Part shown: in pieces, positions 28,887 to 39,449 of the stretch
Layout: every line of letters starts with the position of its first letter
Numbering within the stretch: position 1 is the stretch's first letter
DNA from: Candidatus Andersenbacteria bacterium RIFCSPHIGHO2_02_FULL_46_16
GTDB taxonomy: Bacteria > Patescibacteriota > Andersenbacteria > UBA10190
Assembly: GCA_001817065.1 (NCBI GenBank)
Contig: MHHQ01000029.1
Coordinates: forward strand, 4,049-68,048
Direction of reading: 5' to 3'
DNA: 64,000 bases
Translations under genes and position numbers: made by a program
The notes under the pieces: model-generated
Seen by the model: only the letters and a program-made list of their open reading frames with translations
The model's database searches: none
What the model was told of the DNA's origin: nothing

Positions 28887-30380
28887 TTACTTTATTCTTT
28901 CCAGATCAATCGTTTCATCGATACGAATCTGCTCAACAAAAGATGGTATGTGCGAAACGATAATTATCGCACCTTCATATTCATCCAGTGCCTTAGCAAT
29001 AACCGGTAAATGACGGAAATTAATGTGATTCGTTGGCTCATCCAGTATCAGCAACCCAGGCTGCATCAAGACTAATCTACAAAAAGAAAGTAGACCTTTC
29101 TGTCCCTCTGACAATGTCCGGATAGGACTTTCTAATAGTTTGCTGCTCAGCAAAAAACCCGCTGCCGTTGATCGCAATATACGCTCCTCTTTAACAACCA
29201 TCACCTCCAAGAGGACATCAATAGCTACATGGTCTTGCTCAAGGTTGCTGAAATCCTGTTTATAATAACCAACTATTACTTCTTCCGGAATTATTGCTCC
29301 CTTCGCGCTACGTATCGCGAGCTGTTCCATCAGCGTGCTTTTCCCAATTCCGTTAGGGCCGACAATCAATAGATGTGTATGTTTGCGTAACGTCAGGTCT
29401 ATATTCTTTGTCACCGCTTTATTATTCTGGAACGAAGAGACCTCAGTGAATTGGACCACGGCTCCGTTGAATGATGTCTCGAACTCCTGGGCAGGTATAT
29501 GGAAAGGACGAATCACTTTATCATCCATGCGCACACTCACGATACTTTCCTCGGCCTCGGCCGCCGATTCCCTCATCCGTTTAGCCACTCCGCGCATCTT
29601 GCCTCCTTTATGCGCAAACACTTCCGCTTGCTCGCGCTTTTCTTTGATCTGCCGCTGCATCCGGGCATTCAAATAGTTCTCTCGCTCCCGCCGTTTCGCA
29701 ATCTCCTCCACCACATCATTGTAATTACCCGTGTACTGTTCAATCTTGCGGGTCGCCATATCCAGATATAACACGCCGTCAGCAAAAGCATTTAAAAAGT
29801 CTGCATCATGCGAAATCACCAAACAAGTCTTCTCGTACATAATCAAAAAAGCTGTCAGATGATCAATGCCATATTGATCAAGGTTATTTGTCGGCTCATC
29901 CAATAATAAAATATCCGGTTTTTGGATTAACGCATACGCCAGCAATAAACGCGCCTGCTGTCCGCCCGAACATTCCTTTATTTTCTTATCCAGCGACAAG
30001 TTAAGATGCACTACATCAAAAATCTCCGCGATAAGTTTATCCAGTGCATATTCCACTTTCGGAAAAGCCGTCGCAAAATATTCCCGAATCGAAAAATCCA
30101 TCGCCTCTCGAGGCATCACCTGCTGGGAGATAGCGATTGTAGCATCCTGGGGAGTGCGGCTTATCCGGCCGCTAGTGGGATGAAGCTCGCCCGTAATGAG
30201 TTTAAAAAGGGAACTTTTACCGGCTCCATTTTGTCCCATCAGCGTAATGCGGCTGCCCGTGCGCACAGAAAAACCCACCTCATCTAACAATGGATGGTGA
30301 TGGTCATACTCAAAGCTAACGTCAGAAAATCTTAATATCACCGAGTCACTAGGCATTCGGGTACCATACACCAAATTCAC
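28887..30380 (-). CDS. ABC-F family ATPase (two ABC domains, no TMD)
   Basis: Two Walker A motifs (GQNGAGKSS, GPNGIGKST) and two ABC signature motifs (LSGGQQ, LSEGQK). Confidence 0.8.
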   Translation of the reverse strand: MNLVYGTRMPSDSVILRFSDVSFEYDHHHPLLDEVGFSVRTGSRITLMGQNGAGKSSLFKLITGELHPTSGRISRTPQDATIAISQQVMPREAMDFSIREYFATAFPKVEYALDKLIAEIFDVVHLNLSLDKKIKECSGGQQARLLLAYALIQKPDILLLDEPTNNLDQYGIDHLTAFLIMYEKTCLVISHDADFLNAFADGVLYLDMATRKIEQYTGNYNDVVEEIAKRRERENYLNARMQRQIKEKREQAEVFAHKGGKMRGVAKRMRESAAEAEESIVSVRMDDKVIRPFHIPAQEFETSFNGAVVQFTEVSSFQNNKAVTKNIDLTLRKHTHLLIVGPNGIGKSTLMEQLAIRSAKGAIIPEEVIVGYYKQDFSNLEQDHVAIDVLLEVMVVKEERILRSTAAGFLLSSKLLESPIRTLSEGQKGLLSFCRLVLMQPGLLILDEPTNHINFRHLPVIAKALDEYEGAIIIVSHIPSFVEQIRIDETIDLERIK

Positions 30381-30503
30381 GGTTTTGTCACGGGGCCCCG
30401 TACTAGTTCAATGCCTTCTAAACACCCTGCCGCTGGCAACCGCTCACCGATTAAGTCAAACCGCGTCTTTCCCTTCGCTTCCCGCCGCCAATAATTACCT
30501 GGC

Positions 30504-30827
30504 CTACTCCAAGGATGCTGGTACTTCCCTTAAACTTGATTTCTCACAAGGCTCTTCCCAGGGTCTCAGGCATTTATTTTTTTCTGCACACCAAGAGTAC
30601 CCCGCCCCAATCATGCATCCATATTCATCCTTGTTACCGCCAATCAGTTCTTGCGTCGGTTTCGGATCAGCCTGCACACTCACTGACTTGCCATATTTAA
30701 CCCCAAAGTAAAACCCGATAAACGATAAGGCTACCGCTAACACCATCGCGACTATCTTTGAGAAAAGCGTCACCGTCGTCAACTCTTTCTTAATATCCAT
30801 TAATCCCATTAAAGCACGCCCGCTCAA
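30504..30827 (-). CDS. hypothetical membrane-anchored Cys-rich small protein
   Basis: One TM. C-terminal region CMIGAGYSWCAEKNKCLRPWEEPC. Confidence 0.3.
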   Translation of the reverse strand: MSGRALMGLMDIKKELTTVTLFSKIVAMVLAVALSFIGFYFGVKYGKSVSVQADPKPTQELIGGNKDEYGCMIGAGYSWCAEKNKCLRPWEEPCEKSSLREVPASLE

Positions 30828-30939
30828 TTTCGTCAGCTGTGACTGTCAGCATTCTCAAGATTGACAAATTTTATAGATTTTGTACATTACCCTTTCAGTA
30901 CTTTACCCAACACTAACGTCGCTATAAAAGATTGGAGGA

Positions 30940-31290
30940 TTGCCCATGGCCAATTCGCATCAAGTAACCGATGTACCGAATGGGATTAAGCAAGTTTTTG
31001 GTGCCAGAACCGGCCACTACCTAACCGACGAACCTGGCCGACTGGAGTTTGTGCCTGTTTGGGCTGTAAATGAAGGAAAGATAATTTGCGACGCAGCTTT
31101 CACTTGGAAGCAACCTGTCAGAGGATTTGCCTCAAAGGATTCATATTTCGGACTGACCGTGTCACCCGATGCCACCTTCTTTGTCTACTTCAACGATGCG
31201 ACTTACTTCGTCCTCTGCTCTAAAACTGCGAATACCGATCATTTAATCATGAGGATCAAGACCGAACTTCGCGCGGCCAACGAACATTAA
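30940..31290 (+). CDS. hypothetical protein
   Basis: ORF followed by a strong terminator. Confidence 0.35.
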   Translation: MPMANSHQVTDVPNGIKQVFGARTGHYLTDEPGRLEFVPVWAVNEGKIICDAAFTWKQPVRGFASKDSYFGLTVSPDATFFVYFNDATYFVLCSKTANTDHLIMRIKTELRAANEH

Positions 31291-31316
31291 ATCCTGCCCA
31301 CCTAGTAGCATCACCT

Positions 31317-31346
31317 CACCACCGCTTTTACCAACGGTGGTTTTTT
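31317..31346 (+). terminator. rho-independent terminator
   Basis: CACCACCGCTTTTACCAACGGTGG followed by TTTTTT. Confidence 0.6.
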
Positions 31347-31458
31347 CTAACCATACTTATTTACCGCCGACCTGCTCGCCTTCTCTTGACTTCCCTGTCC
31401 GCCTGTTCTACATATTAATTTCTCGTTTGCCTGAACAGTTTTTACCAGGAGCACCCTC

Positions 31459-31977
31459 ATGTCTGCCAAAAAAGTTCTTTGCCAAATCTTGTGTTTAGTA
31501 GGTAACACCCTTTTCTGTCTGGGACTAATCTTGCTCTACACTCTGTCTTACCTTACTCTGGTCTTTGCTGCCTCGCTGATCGTAACTATTGCCCTAACTT
31601 TTTTTGACTCACCGGTCACAGACTTCGCCCGCGCCTATTCATTTTACGGTCTCATTGTTTATGTCCTGCTTGGTCTGCTGACAATTTTTGCCATGACCAC
31701 CGAGGATTTCATGGACCGCTGGGCAGGAACAAGAACCTATGTCGAATATCTCTTTAACGAATTGTTGTGCGTTCGCTTCAACTGCCTTCTCATCCCTCTT
31801 TGTTCACTATCCTGGCCTTATAGCTGGTTCCAAATTCAGCGAGATATGGATGCAGCCGGCTGTGGTGAGAATATCGCCGACGCATTTATTAGACCGCTGG
31901 ACTACTGGTACCACCACAAATATTGGGCCAAGTTTTATAAGTACGTCAGGGCCAACGAAAAGGATTCAACCTATTAA
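31459..31977 (+). CDS. hypothetical membrane protein
   Basis: Three TM segments. No recognisable domain. Confidence 0.3.
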   Translation: MSAKKVLCQILCLVGNTLFCLGLILLYTLSYLTLVFAASLIVTIALTFFDSPVTDFARAYSFYGLIVYVLLGLLTIFAMTTEDFMDRWAGTRTYVEYLFNELLCVRFNCLLIPLCSLSWPYSWFQIQRDMDAAGCGENIADAFIRPLDYWYHHKYWAKFYKYVRANEKDSTY

Positions 31978-32120
31978 TATCAACCCACAGAGTTACCCCT
32001 CGGTTTTTTTATCGCAGCAAAAATCCCTAGCCATGGCGGTACAAAAAGCGCGGTCAAGCCCAACCACATCGCCCACCACGCCAACTTTGTCTTAGGTTTT
32101 TCTTGAATATAAACCCAAGT

Positions 32121-34349
32121 TTACACTTTCTCGCTAGTCAAAGATTGTCGGCGTAGCAGCACAGCATTAACCGCTACAATAACAGTTGAAAGAGACATGA
32201 ATACTGCTGACACGGCCGGATTAAGCACAATCCCCCAAGAGACAGCCACTCCCGCCGCTAGCGGCAGCGCCACTATGTTATAACCAGTCGCCCACCAAAG
32301 ATTTTGGATCATCTTTGTATATGTCAGTCGCGATAGCTGAATTATCTTGGGAATATCCCTCGGATCATTCCTCACCAAAACAATCCCCGCTGCTTCGATA
32401 GCTACATTTGTGCCCGCCCCTACTGCTATGCCAACATCAGCCTGTGTCAATGCCGGCGCATCATTAATCCCATCTCCTACCATAGCCACTTTATTGCCTT
32501 TGTTTTGCAGCTCCTTCACTTTATCCGCCTTATGTTCCGGCAAGACTTCCGCAAAATATTCCTCAATACCCAGTTCATCAGACACCCATTTCGCCACTGC
32601 TTCTGCATCACCGGTTATCATGGCAATCTGCACCCCCAACTTTTTTAGTTGCGCGATTGCCTCCCGTGATTCTTCACGGATAATATCGCCCAGCGCAATA
32701 ATGCCCGCCAGCGATTCATTAGCTATAACATAAATGATTGTTTTACCCGCCTGGCCTTCCTTGACAACGGTTTGCTTAAGTTCATCCGGCACTATCACTC
32801 CAGCACTTTCATACAAAGCCCGACCGCCCACCATGACTACCTTCCCCTTAACCACACCACTTACCCCTTTACCAGGTAATCGCTTAAAATCACTGATCGC
32901 TGCCAGACTATTCTTTTTCTCCTGCGCTTTCGTGACAATAGCTCTGGACACAGGATGTTCTGACTTTGTATCAACCGATGCCGCTAGCTTCAGCACATCT
33001 TCTTCACTTACGCCAGACGCGGCATATACTCCCGTGACGCCGAACACTCCTTTGGTAAGGGTGCCTGTCTTGTCGAACAAAACTACATTGATATTACGCG
33101 CTGCCTCCAGTGCCAAACGCTGACGCACCAAAAAACCATTTCTCGCCGCCATAGTAGTGGAGATAGATGCCACTAAAGGAATCGCCAAACCCAACGCATG
33201 TGGACAGGCAATAACCAGCACAGCCACCATTCGGGTAAAACCAAAGTCCGCGCCACGCAGCGGCAGCCAAACGAATAAAGTCAACAACCCCACAGCGATA
33301 GCAATAATAGTCAGATAAAAAGCCGCCTTATCCGACAGCAGCTGCAATTTTGATTTGCTCATCTGCGCTTCTTGTATCAAACGCATTACGCCAGCCAAAA
33401 ATGTATCATCGCCAATCTTGGTCACCTTGACCCGCAAAGACCCTTCGCTGTTTATGGTGCCGGCCACCACTGCATCCCCTGGCTTTTTAGACACCGGCTT
33501 AGACTCACCCGTAGCTAGGGCTTCATCGATATCAGACTCACCCTCAATAATTTCACCGTCCGCAGCGACCTTGCCACCCGGACGAATGACGACAATATCA
33601 CCAACCCTTAACTGATCAAGCGGAATATTTTCCGTTTTTCTTTGCGCACTATCGCCGCCCCGCTCAATTTCCGCCGTATCCGGCAACAATTTGGAAAGCT
33701 CTCGCAAGGCGCCCTGCGCCCCTTGCACCGCCCGCATTTCTATCCAGTGGCCAAGCAACATTATAACAATCAAAGTAGTCAGCTCCCAAAACAAAGTTTC
33801 CTCCATTCCCCGGGCCACCTGAACAACGCTATAGGAATAAGCAGTCACGATAGCCAAAGATATTAGCGTCATCATACCAGGCGCCCTTCCGCGCAGTTCC
33901 CGCCAGGCACTGGTTAAAAATATCCATCCCCCGTAGAAGAAAACAATTGAACCTAAAATAGCTGGCAAAAAAGATGAACCCGGAAACATTGGCGGCGACC
34001 ACCCCAAAAACGCTTGCGGTAATGGCGAATACAGAACGATCGGTACCGTCAACGCCAAACTGACCCAAAATTTTCTTGCAAAAACATTAATTTTATGTCC
34101 CGCGTGCTTATCGTGTCCGCCGTGCTCGCTGCTTTTTGCCGATAGCTTATCGGAGGATAGTTCAGATTTTTTCCGCTTTTCTTTCACCAACGTCATCCCG
34201 CACTCCGGACATATTCCCGGCCTATCCTGCTGGACATTCGGATGCATGGGGCAGGTATAAGCTGCTTGCTTACTCCCCTGATCAATGTGGTTATTGTGTT
34301 GCATATGTTGTTTAGTCAAATAGCATCCCACTAGCAACGAACTAGTCAC
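32121..34349 (-). CDS. CopB-type (CPH motif) heavy-metal P1B-ATPase with N-terminal YTCPMHP...CPECGM metal-binding domain and His-rich stretch
   Basis: [24 protein letters not shown]. The N-terminal HMBD-like CPxCG motif and HGGHDKHAGHK. Confidence 0.85.
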   Translation of the reverse strand: MTSSLLVGCYLTKQHMQHNNHIDQGSKQAAYTCPMHPNVQQDRPGICPECGMTLVKEKRKKSELSSDKLSAKSSEHGGHDKHAGHKINVFARKFWVSLALTVPIVLYSPLPQAFLGWSPPMFPGSSFLPAILGSIVFFYGGWIFLTSAWRELRGRAPGMMTLISLAIVTAYSYSVVQVARGMEETLFWELTTLIVIMLLGHWIEMRAVQGAQGALRELSKLLPDTAEIERGGDSAQRKTENIPLDQLRVGDIVVIRPGGKVAADGEIIEGESDIDEALATGESKPVSKKPGDAVVAGTINSEGSLRVKVTKIGDDTFLAGVMRLIQEAQMSKSKLQLLSDKAAFYLTIIAIAVGLLTLFVWLPLRGADFGFTRMVAVLVIACPHALGLAIPLVASISTTMAARNGFLVRQRLALEAARNINVVLFDKTGTLTKGVFGVTGVYAASGVSEEDVLKLAASVDTKSEHPVSRAIVTKAQEKKNSLAAISDFKRLPGKGVSGVVKGKVVMVGGRALYESAGVIVPDELKQTVVKEGQAGKTIIYVIANESLAGIIALGDIIREESREAIAQLKKLGVQIAMITGDAEAVAKWVSDELGIEEYFAEVLPEHKADKVKELQNKGNKVAMVGDGINDAPALTQADVGIAVGAGTNVAIEAAGIVLVRNDPRDIPKIIQLSRLTYTKMIQNLWWATGYNIVALPLAAGVAVSWGIVLNPAVSAVFMSLSTVIVAVNAVLLRRQSLTSEKV

Positions 34350-34668
34350 TAACTTTTACTGCCGTTCCGTATGCCATCATTTCCGAAGCTCCAGACATGA
34401 CGGTTGATGTGGCAAACCGGAAACCAATAATCGCATCGGCTTCCAGTTTAATCGCTTCATTGACCATCCTATTATAAGCCTCATCTCGCGCGGTCGTGGT
34501 CATCTCTGTATAAATCTTTACTTCACCTCCGATTATATTCTTGATCAAAGCTCCAATATCCCGACCAATATTCCTGGCCCTAACAGTATTTCCCCTAACC
34601 ACTCCAACCACCTTAGTGATTTTTTTATTCGGAACCTCATTTCCCGTTGTAACAATTATTTCTGACAT
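34342..34668 (-). CDS. YbjQ/DUF74 (UPF0145) family protein
   Basis: 108 aa with the typical GEVKIYTEMTTTARDEAYNRMVNEA...DAIIGFRF pattern. Overlaps the ATPase start by 8 nt. Confidence 0.7.
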   Translation of the reverse strand: MSEIIVTTGNEVPNKKITKVVGVVRGNTVRARNIGRDIGALIKNIIGGEVKIYTEMTTTARDEAYNRMVNEAIKLEADAIIGFRFATSTVMSGASEMMAYGTAVKVSD

Positions 34669-34689
34669 CTTGTTATTTTTATTGATAAA

Positions 34690-34878
34690 TTAATCCTTAC
34701 GATATTTAATCTCTTCTATCTCATCTTCCTTCTTATTAAACAATATAAAAAGGGCTAAAAGAATAACCGGTACCGCATAAATAAACACCCCGGGCGTTTT
34801 TATAATCCCCACCCCTGTTAACACCACACCAATTATTATCCCGATAACCCCCGTTACTATCCTGCTCACGGTGTTCAT
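34690..34878 (-). CDS. small membrane protein
   Basis: 62 aa with two hydrophobic helices, upstream of YbjQ. Confidence 0.25.
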   Translation of the reverse strand: MNTVSRIVTGVIGIIIGVVLTGVGIIKTPGVFIYAVPVILLALFILFNKKEDEIEEIKYRKD

Positions 34879-35010
34879 ACCGGTATTATACAGTACAAAT
34901 TTAATAATCCCTTTATTCGATTTTTAAAAAAGCCCCAGCACTCACGAAGTTTAAGGGGCAATTCATCTACTCTTAAGCTATTCAACTGACGGCTAACACC
35001 GTTTCAGAAA

Positions 35011-35400
35011 TTATCTCATTCCCATCATTTTCAGAAATGCATTCGGAATATCCTCTTTAAAATCACGGCCAGATCCATCTTGATATATGCGGCAAAAGAA
35101 AGTGATGGTGACTTCCCCCTCAGACTCTTCTAGCACAAACTTCTTTTTGTATGCACTGTCGTCCAAGAAGGCCGTTCTTTTCTCAACGACATCATTAATG
35201 GCATCGGCTAGTTCCGTTTCTGGTATTTCAAACTTCCTCCTTACCCACAAAGACGAGTATTCTTCTGCACTCAGAACAGCAGAATAATCAAAGCTAATCA
35301 GACCATCCTCATACTTGATAATCCAGTGGCAATTCCAATCCGTTCCCGCAAATTGTTTAGTCCACTCTCTTTTGAACTGAACCATGCTCGGCCTAGTCAT
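35011..35400 (-). CDS. hypothetical protein
   Basis: ORF only. Confidence 0.3.
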   Translation of the reverse strand: MTRPSMVQFKREWTKQFAGTDWNCHWIIKYEDGLISFDYSAVLSAEEYSSLWVRRKFEIPETELADAINDVVEKRTAFLDDSAYKKKFVLEESEGEVTITFFCRIYQDGSGRDFKEDIPNAFLKMMGMR

Positions 35401-35616
35401 CTCAACCCTCCCCGCAAAAAAAGAACACTGCTGAATCTAAAATGAGCTAACTGATACTGCAACCCAAAACTCTAGGGCAATAATTAGACTACGTCAACTA
35501 CACCACCAGACCCGCATACAACATAGATCGCTAATCATCGGCAGCATCATCCTACCCTACGCATAAAAAATCTCTATCACGATAAAAGTGACAGAGATAA
35601 ATCCAAGCAACGACGA

Positions 35617-36024
35617 TCATAAGTCATCTTCTCCAATAGCCCTACCCAGAACCACCGTCGCCATATACGACAACTGGATTCCAAGCTCCCCTCGAAGACG
35701 ATCAAGGGTCACTTCACACAAAGGATCTACCGACCCCCTGAGTTCTATCAGTTCCTCAAGTATCGTAGCAGCATTCCGTTGCGCCCAATGATCTGCTTTC
35801 GCCTCAAACGCCTCCACAAACCAACCTTCAGGGATTGAACCAAGCACCTCGTCTCCAAATTCAATAATTGGCTCCGGGCACGCAGCTCCAATCAACAGGC
35901 GACACAGCACCGCCAGTGCGTCACTATCCGGTTCTCGACCCCGAAAAGGCTCTAACAAAGACCTCATTACATCAGTCATTTTTCTTTCTCCTGGCCGTCT
36001 AAACAATAAAGACAAAGAACGCAA
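35617..36024 (-). CDS. hypothetical protein
   Basis: ORF only. Confidence 0.3.
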   Translation of the reverse strand: MRSLSLLFRRPGERKMTDVMRSLLEPFRGREPDSDALAVLCRLLIGAACPEPIIEFGDEVLGSIPEGWFVEAFEAKADHWAQRNAATILEELIELRGSVDPLCEVTLDRLRGELGIQLSYMATVVLGRAIGEDDL

Positions 36025-36132
36025 TATAAGGTAACTAGTTTTTCCTTTTTGTCAAACTTTTCTTACCTAACGTAAACACAATCATCACCAGCCATCTAAC
36101 CAAATCCATCTAAATACTTATACGTTGCAAAT

Positions 36133-36513
36133 CTATTTCTTCGAGAAACTTGCTTGTTTATTCTTCCACCCGCTAACCAATGACCACACTATATATATTA
36201 GCATCGAGTACGTTATTGCCACCACGAAACTGCCAAGCAGCAAAGGCCCGTCAGGACCAACAAAAATACTATTACTGGACCACCAACCAAGTGCTCGGAG
36301 GATTGGTGCGAAAGGTTGAGAAATAAATATATCAATATATCCAATAAACATTATGGGTTCATCTACATAAATAATTAAATCGACAGGTATATAATCGTAA
36401 ACTCCAGCAATCCCTAAAAACATCCGTAATATTGGAAACACAAACGGTACTAACGAAAAAACCACCTTCCATCTAGTCGGTTTTAACAAAATAGTCCAGA
36501 CCATAATTTTCAT
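36133..36513 (-). CDS. hypothetical membrane protein
   Basis: ORF with three or four TM segments. Confidence 0.3.
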   Translation of the reverse strand: MKIMVWTILLKPTRWKVVFSLVPFVFPILRMFLGIAGVYDYIPVDLIIYVDEPIMFIGYIDIFISQPFAPILRALGWWSSNSIFVGPDGPLLLGSFVVAITYSMLIYIVWSLVSGWKNKQASFSKK

Positions 36514-36520
36514 TGTACCC

Positions 36521-38383
36521 GTGTTTTACTACAATCATAATATGCTTCATAGATTATTATTCCTCATCGGAATAGTGGCACTGCTGACACCACTAGAAAT
36601 CAATGCCCAGATCATTCAGCCTCCCGACTGCAACATTAATCCCCAAAGCTTGTTCTGCCAAGGTCAGTGCAGATTTAATCCAATCCTACCTTGGTGCGCG
36701 CATCCCACCCCCTCTCCATCTCCCTCCCCCTCACCAACAAAAGACCCGATAATAATAGTTCCCGGTATTACCGTCTCCCAAAACAAAAAATTGCTATACA
36801 AGGATCAAGCAGGCGGTACATGGAAATTTGCCTTAGGCTTTAATGTCTACAAGGGCCTTATAAAAAAATTGGAGTCGGTGGGCTATGAAGAAGGCCAAGA
36901 TTTATTTATTGCTCACTATGACTGGAGAAAGCCAGCTGCTCACAATGCCATCACTTATCTAAAGCCCATTATCGACCAAGCGAAACAAAGTACTGGCGCC
37001 AATAAAGTAGATGTCCTCGCTCACAGCTTTGGCGGTATAGTCACACGCTCATATGTCCAAAGCGACGCATATGGCAACGACGTCGATCAACTTATAACAC
37101 TAGGTTCACCCCACGAAGGAGCCGCTGACGCCTATGTAGCATGGGAAGGTGGCACGTACCCTGAAGGCTGGGAATTTTGGATGACAAACAGAATTAACAG
37201 AATAGAGAGTGCCTTAAAGAGAACTCGTGGCCTATCCACCATGCGCCGCCCCGACTCCTTCCGCACCTTCTTCCCTTCTCTCCATGACATGCTCCCCCTC
37301 AATGATTTCGTCATGAAAGACGGCTCGCTATTATCGGTTGCTAACCTAACGGAACAAAACCAATTCCTTAAAACCCTTCATGATACGCTCTTAAATATTT
37401 CGGCTAAGGGTGTCGAACTATTCACGATTGCCGGCACCAACGTAAATACTTTAAGTCAGATCAGCGTCAACAATACAAGAACTCGCGAGGACGAAGCCTT
37501 AAACCGTTGGCGTGACGGCCATCCCAACCCGGAGAATCCCCCGCTCGACTCTACTGTCGGTGACGCGCGCGTTCTCACCGCCAGCGCAAATGTTGGCGAT
37601 AATAATTACACCCTCAACGGCACTGCTCATCACAAGCTGCCCGATGCATCCCAAGACAAAGTACTGGAAATACTCGGCCTAGACCCAGTGGCTGAACAAT
37701 TTACTGCGACAGAGCCAAGAAGCATTTTTGGCATAATCATCCTCTCTCCTCTAAAAGCTTCTATTGTTGGACCAAACAGACAAACATTATCCCAGGACCG
37801 CAACGACTATGGTCTGGAAAACGCCGAATACGACGATGACCGAAGCGACCCAGATGATCCCATCGATATTACGATCCTGAATCCCCCCGACGGCTGGTAC
37901 GATATCACCTACACCGGCACTGGTGAAGGAGAATATACCATCATCACCTCCTACGCTGATGAAGACGAAACGGTCTCCTCAGCTCATGACGGTAATACCA
38001 CACAAGGCGCAGTAACCACCCAGCGCATCTACGTCGGTAACAGCACAATCACTCTTGTTGATGACAGCGACTACCTTGCCCTGCTAAAAGAAATTGAACG
38101 TATAGCCAAACAGACGAAAAAAGACCGCCTTATCAAAGGACACGAACAAGCCAATATCACTCGTCCGATCACGCATGCCCAAAACGACTTGCGGCTTTAT
38201 GACCAGCGAACAAAGCAAAATAGACAAAGTGCGGCACTGGACCGCTTACGGGATTATTATCAGCACTTAGATGAAATTCAAAGTGAAGCCACACATTGGT
38301 TAGATACGCCAAGTCGCGCCACCATTGCCAATCAGATTCTTGAGCTGTTAGAAAAAATTCGTCTTTCCTCACCACCGCTCTAA
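36521..38383 (+). CDS. secreted alpha/beta-hydrolase (lipase/PGAP1-like) with Pro/Ser linker and large C-terminal region
   Basis: Signal peptide, [10 protein letters not shown] linker, then a GxSxG nucleophile elbow (LAHSFGG). Confidence 0.6.
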   Translation: MFYYNHNMLHRLLFLIGIVALLTPLEINAQIIQPPDCNINPQSLFCQGQCRFNPILPWCAHPTPSPSPSPSPTKDPIIIVPGITVSQNKKLLYKDQAGGTWKFALGFNVYKGLIKKLESVGYEEGQDLFIAHYDWRKPAAHNAITYLKPIIDQAKQSTGANKVDVLAHSFGGIVTRSYVQSDAYGNDVDQLITLGSPHEGAADAYVAWEGGTYPEGWEFWMTNRINRIESALKRTRGLSTMRRPDSFRTFFPSLHDMLPLNDFVMKDGSLLSVANLTEQNQFLKTLHDTLLNISAKGVELFTIAGTNVNTLSQISVNNTRTREDEALNRWRDGHPNPENPPLDSTVGDARVLTASANVGDNNYTLNGTAHHKLPDASQDKVLEILGLDPVAEQFTATEPRSIFGIIILSPLKASIVGPNRQTLSQDRNDYGLENAEYDDDRSDPDDPIDITILNPPDGWYDITYTGTGEGEYTIITSYADEDETVSSAHDGNTTQGAVTTQRIYVGNSTITLVDDSDYLALLKEIERIAKQTKKDRLIKGHEQANITRPITHAQNDLRLYDQRTKQNRQSAALDRLRDYYQHLDEIQSEATHWLDTPSRATIANQILELLEKIRLSSPPL

Positions 38384-38396
38384 TCAAACAAAATAC

Positions 38397-38428
38397 AAAA
38401 CCACCCCGCCATAGACGGGGTGGTTTTC
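38397..38428. terminator. bidirectional rho-independent terminator
   Basis: AAAA-CCACCCCG-ccatagac-GGGGTGG-TTTTC, between the convergent lipase and csp genes. Confidence 0.6.
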
Positions 38429-38441
38429 AACAGTCAGCTAA

Positions 38442-38639
38442 TTACGCGCGTGACACGTTGGTGGCTGCTGGGCCCTTTTCAGTGCTCACCACTTCAAAGT
38501 TCACCTTGTCGCCGACTCTCAATTCATCAAAGGTGACGCCTTGCAGCTCCTTTGAGTGGAAAAAGAGGTCTTTATCCTCACCTTCACGGGAAATGAATCC
38601 AAATCCCTTCTGTGTGAGTGTCTTGATTGTTCCTTCCAT
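38442..38639 (-). CDS. cold-shock protein (CspA family)
   Basis: 65 aa. KGFGFI and VFFH-like RNP motifs. Confidence 0.85.
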   Translation of the reverse strand: MEGTIKTLTQKGFGFISREGEDKDLFFHSKELQGVTFDELRVGDKVNFEVVSTEKGPAATNVSRA

Positions 38640-38795
38640 AGAATGGTTCTCCTTAAATTTACAGAAAATCGACTACCGTCTCTGCGTCAAAATGACAATT
38701 AACACTGTAATATGAATATAAAGTTTTGTCTATCCAAAATTCATGAATCGCTCATTTATGAAATAAAATGGGGATATTTCCCGAAATTGGAATTC

Positions 38796-39449
38796 TCAGT
38801 TAAACCGTTTCCAAGTTCCCTCTGTCACTACCTTAATGTCCTCATCAACAACCTTAACAGCTGTTTGATCATCAATCGCAAACAGAGGAATATCAATATC
38901 TTTGGCTACCTCATCGATCAACTCTGCCGCTCGGGGAAAATACGGCGAGTTCATGTGCGGTACCACCAGAAAGTCCACCAATCCTAGGCCATCATTTGTT
39001 TCGTCATCAACAATCGGTTCCTCATAAAGTCTCTGCATTTCTTTCTCTTTCAGCTTAGGAGCCACAACCATGCTGCCAGCACTAATGCCTACATATACTC
39101 GCGTTCTCAGCAATTCAGAAAGACTAGCCCCCAGACCCGACTTTTTAATCTGTCCCATCAAGTATGACGTATTACCCCCGCCAACTATAATCACATCCGC
39201 ATTCTCTAAACGCTTCTGCCATATCTTCTGTGGTATAGCCGCCACGTCCACAATATCCACCTCCTTAAAATTCAGCTCCTGGCATTTCGTTAAGTCTTTA
39301 ATCAGCCACCCCTTGTCTCCCTCTTCAACATTGGCAGCCGTCGGAATAAAGACGAGCTTTGCTTCCTTAAAATCCTTGCCAACCAGCTCACGCAAAGCAT
39401 TGATTATCATTTGGTTTTCAAGCCCTCCGGAGGTTAGCAACAACTTCAT
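38796..39449 (-). CDS. peptidase S51 (dipeptidase E-like) family protein
   Basis: N-terminal LLLTSGG... and Ser-nucleophile region GISAGSMV. Confidence 0.65.
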   Translation of the reverse strand: MKLLLTSGGLENQMIINALRELVGKDFKEAKLVFIPTAANVEEGDKGWLIKDLTKCQELNFKEVDIVDVAAIPQKIWQKRLENADVIIVGGGNTSYLMGQIKKSGLGASLSELLRTRVYVGISAGSMVVAPKLKEKEMQRLYEEPIVDDETNDGLGLVDFLVVPHMNSPYFPRAAELIDEVAKDIDIPLFAIDDQTAVKVVDEDIKVVTEGTWKRFN

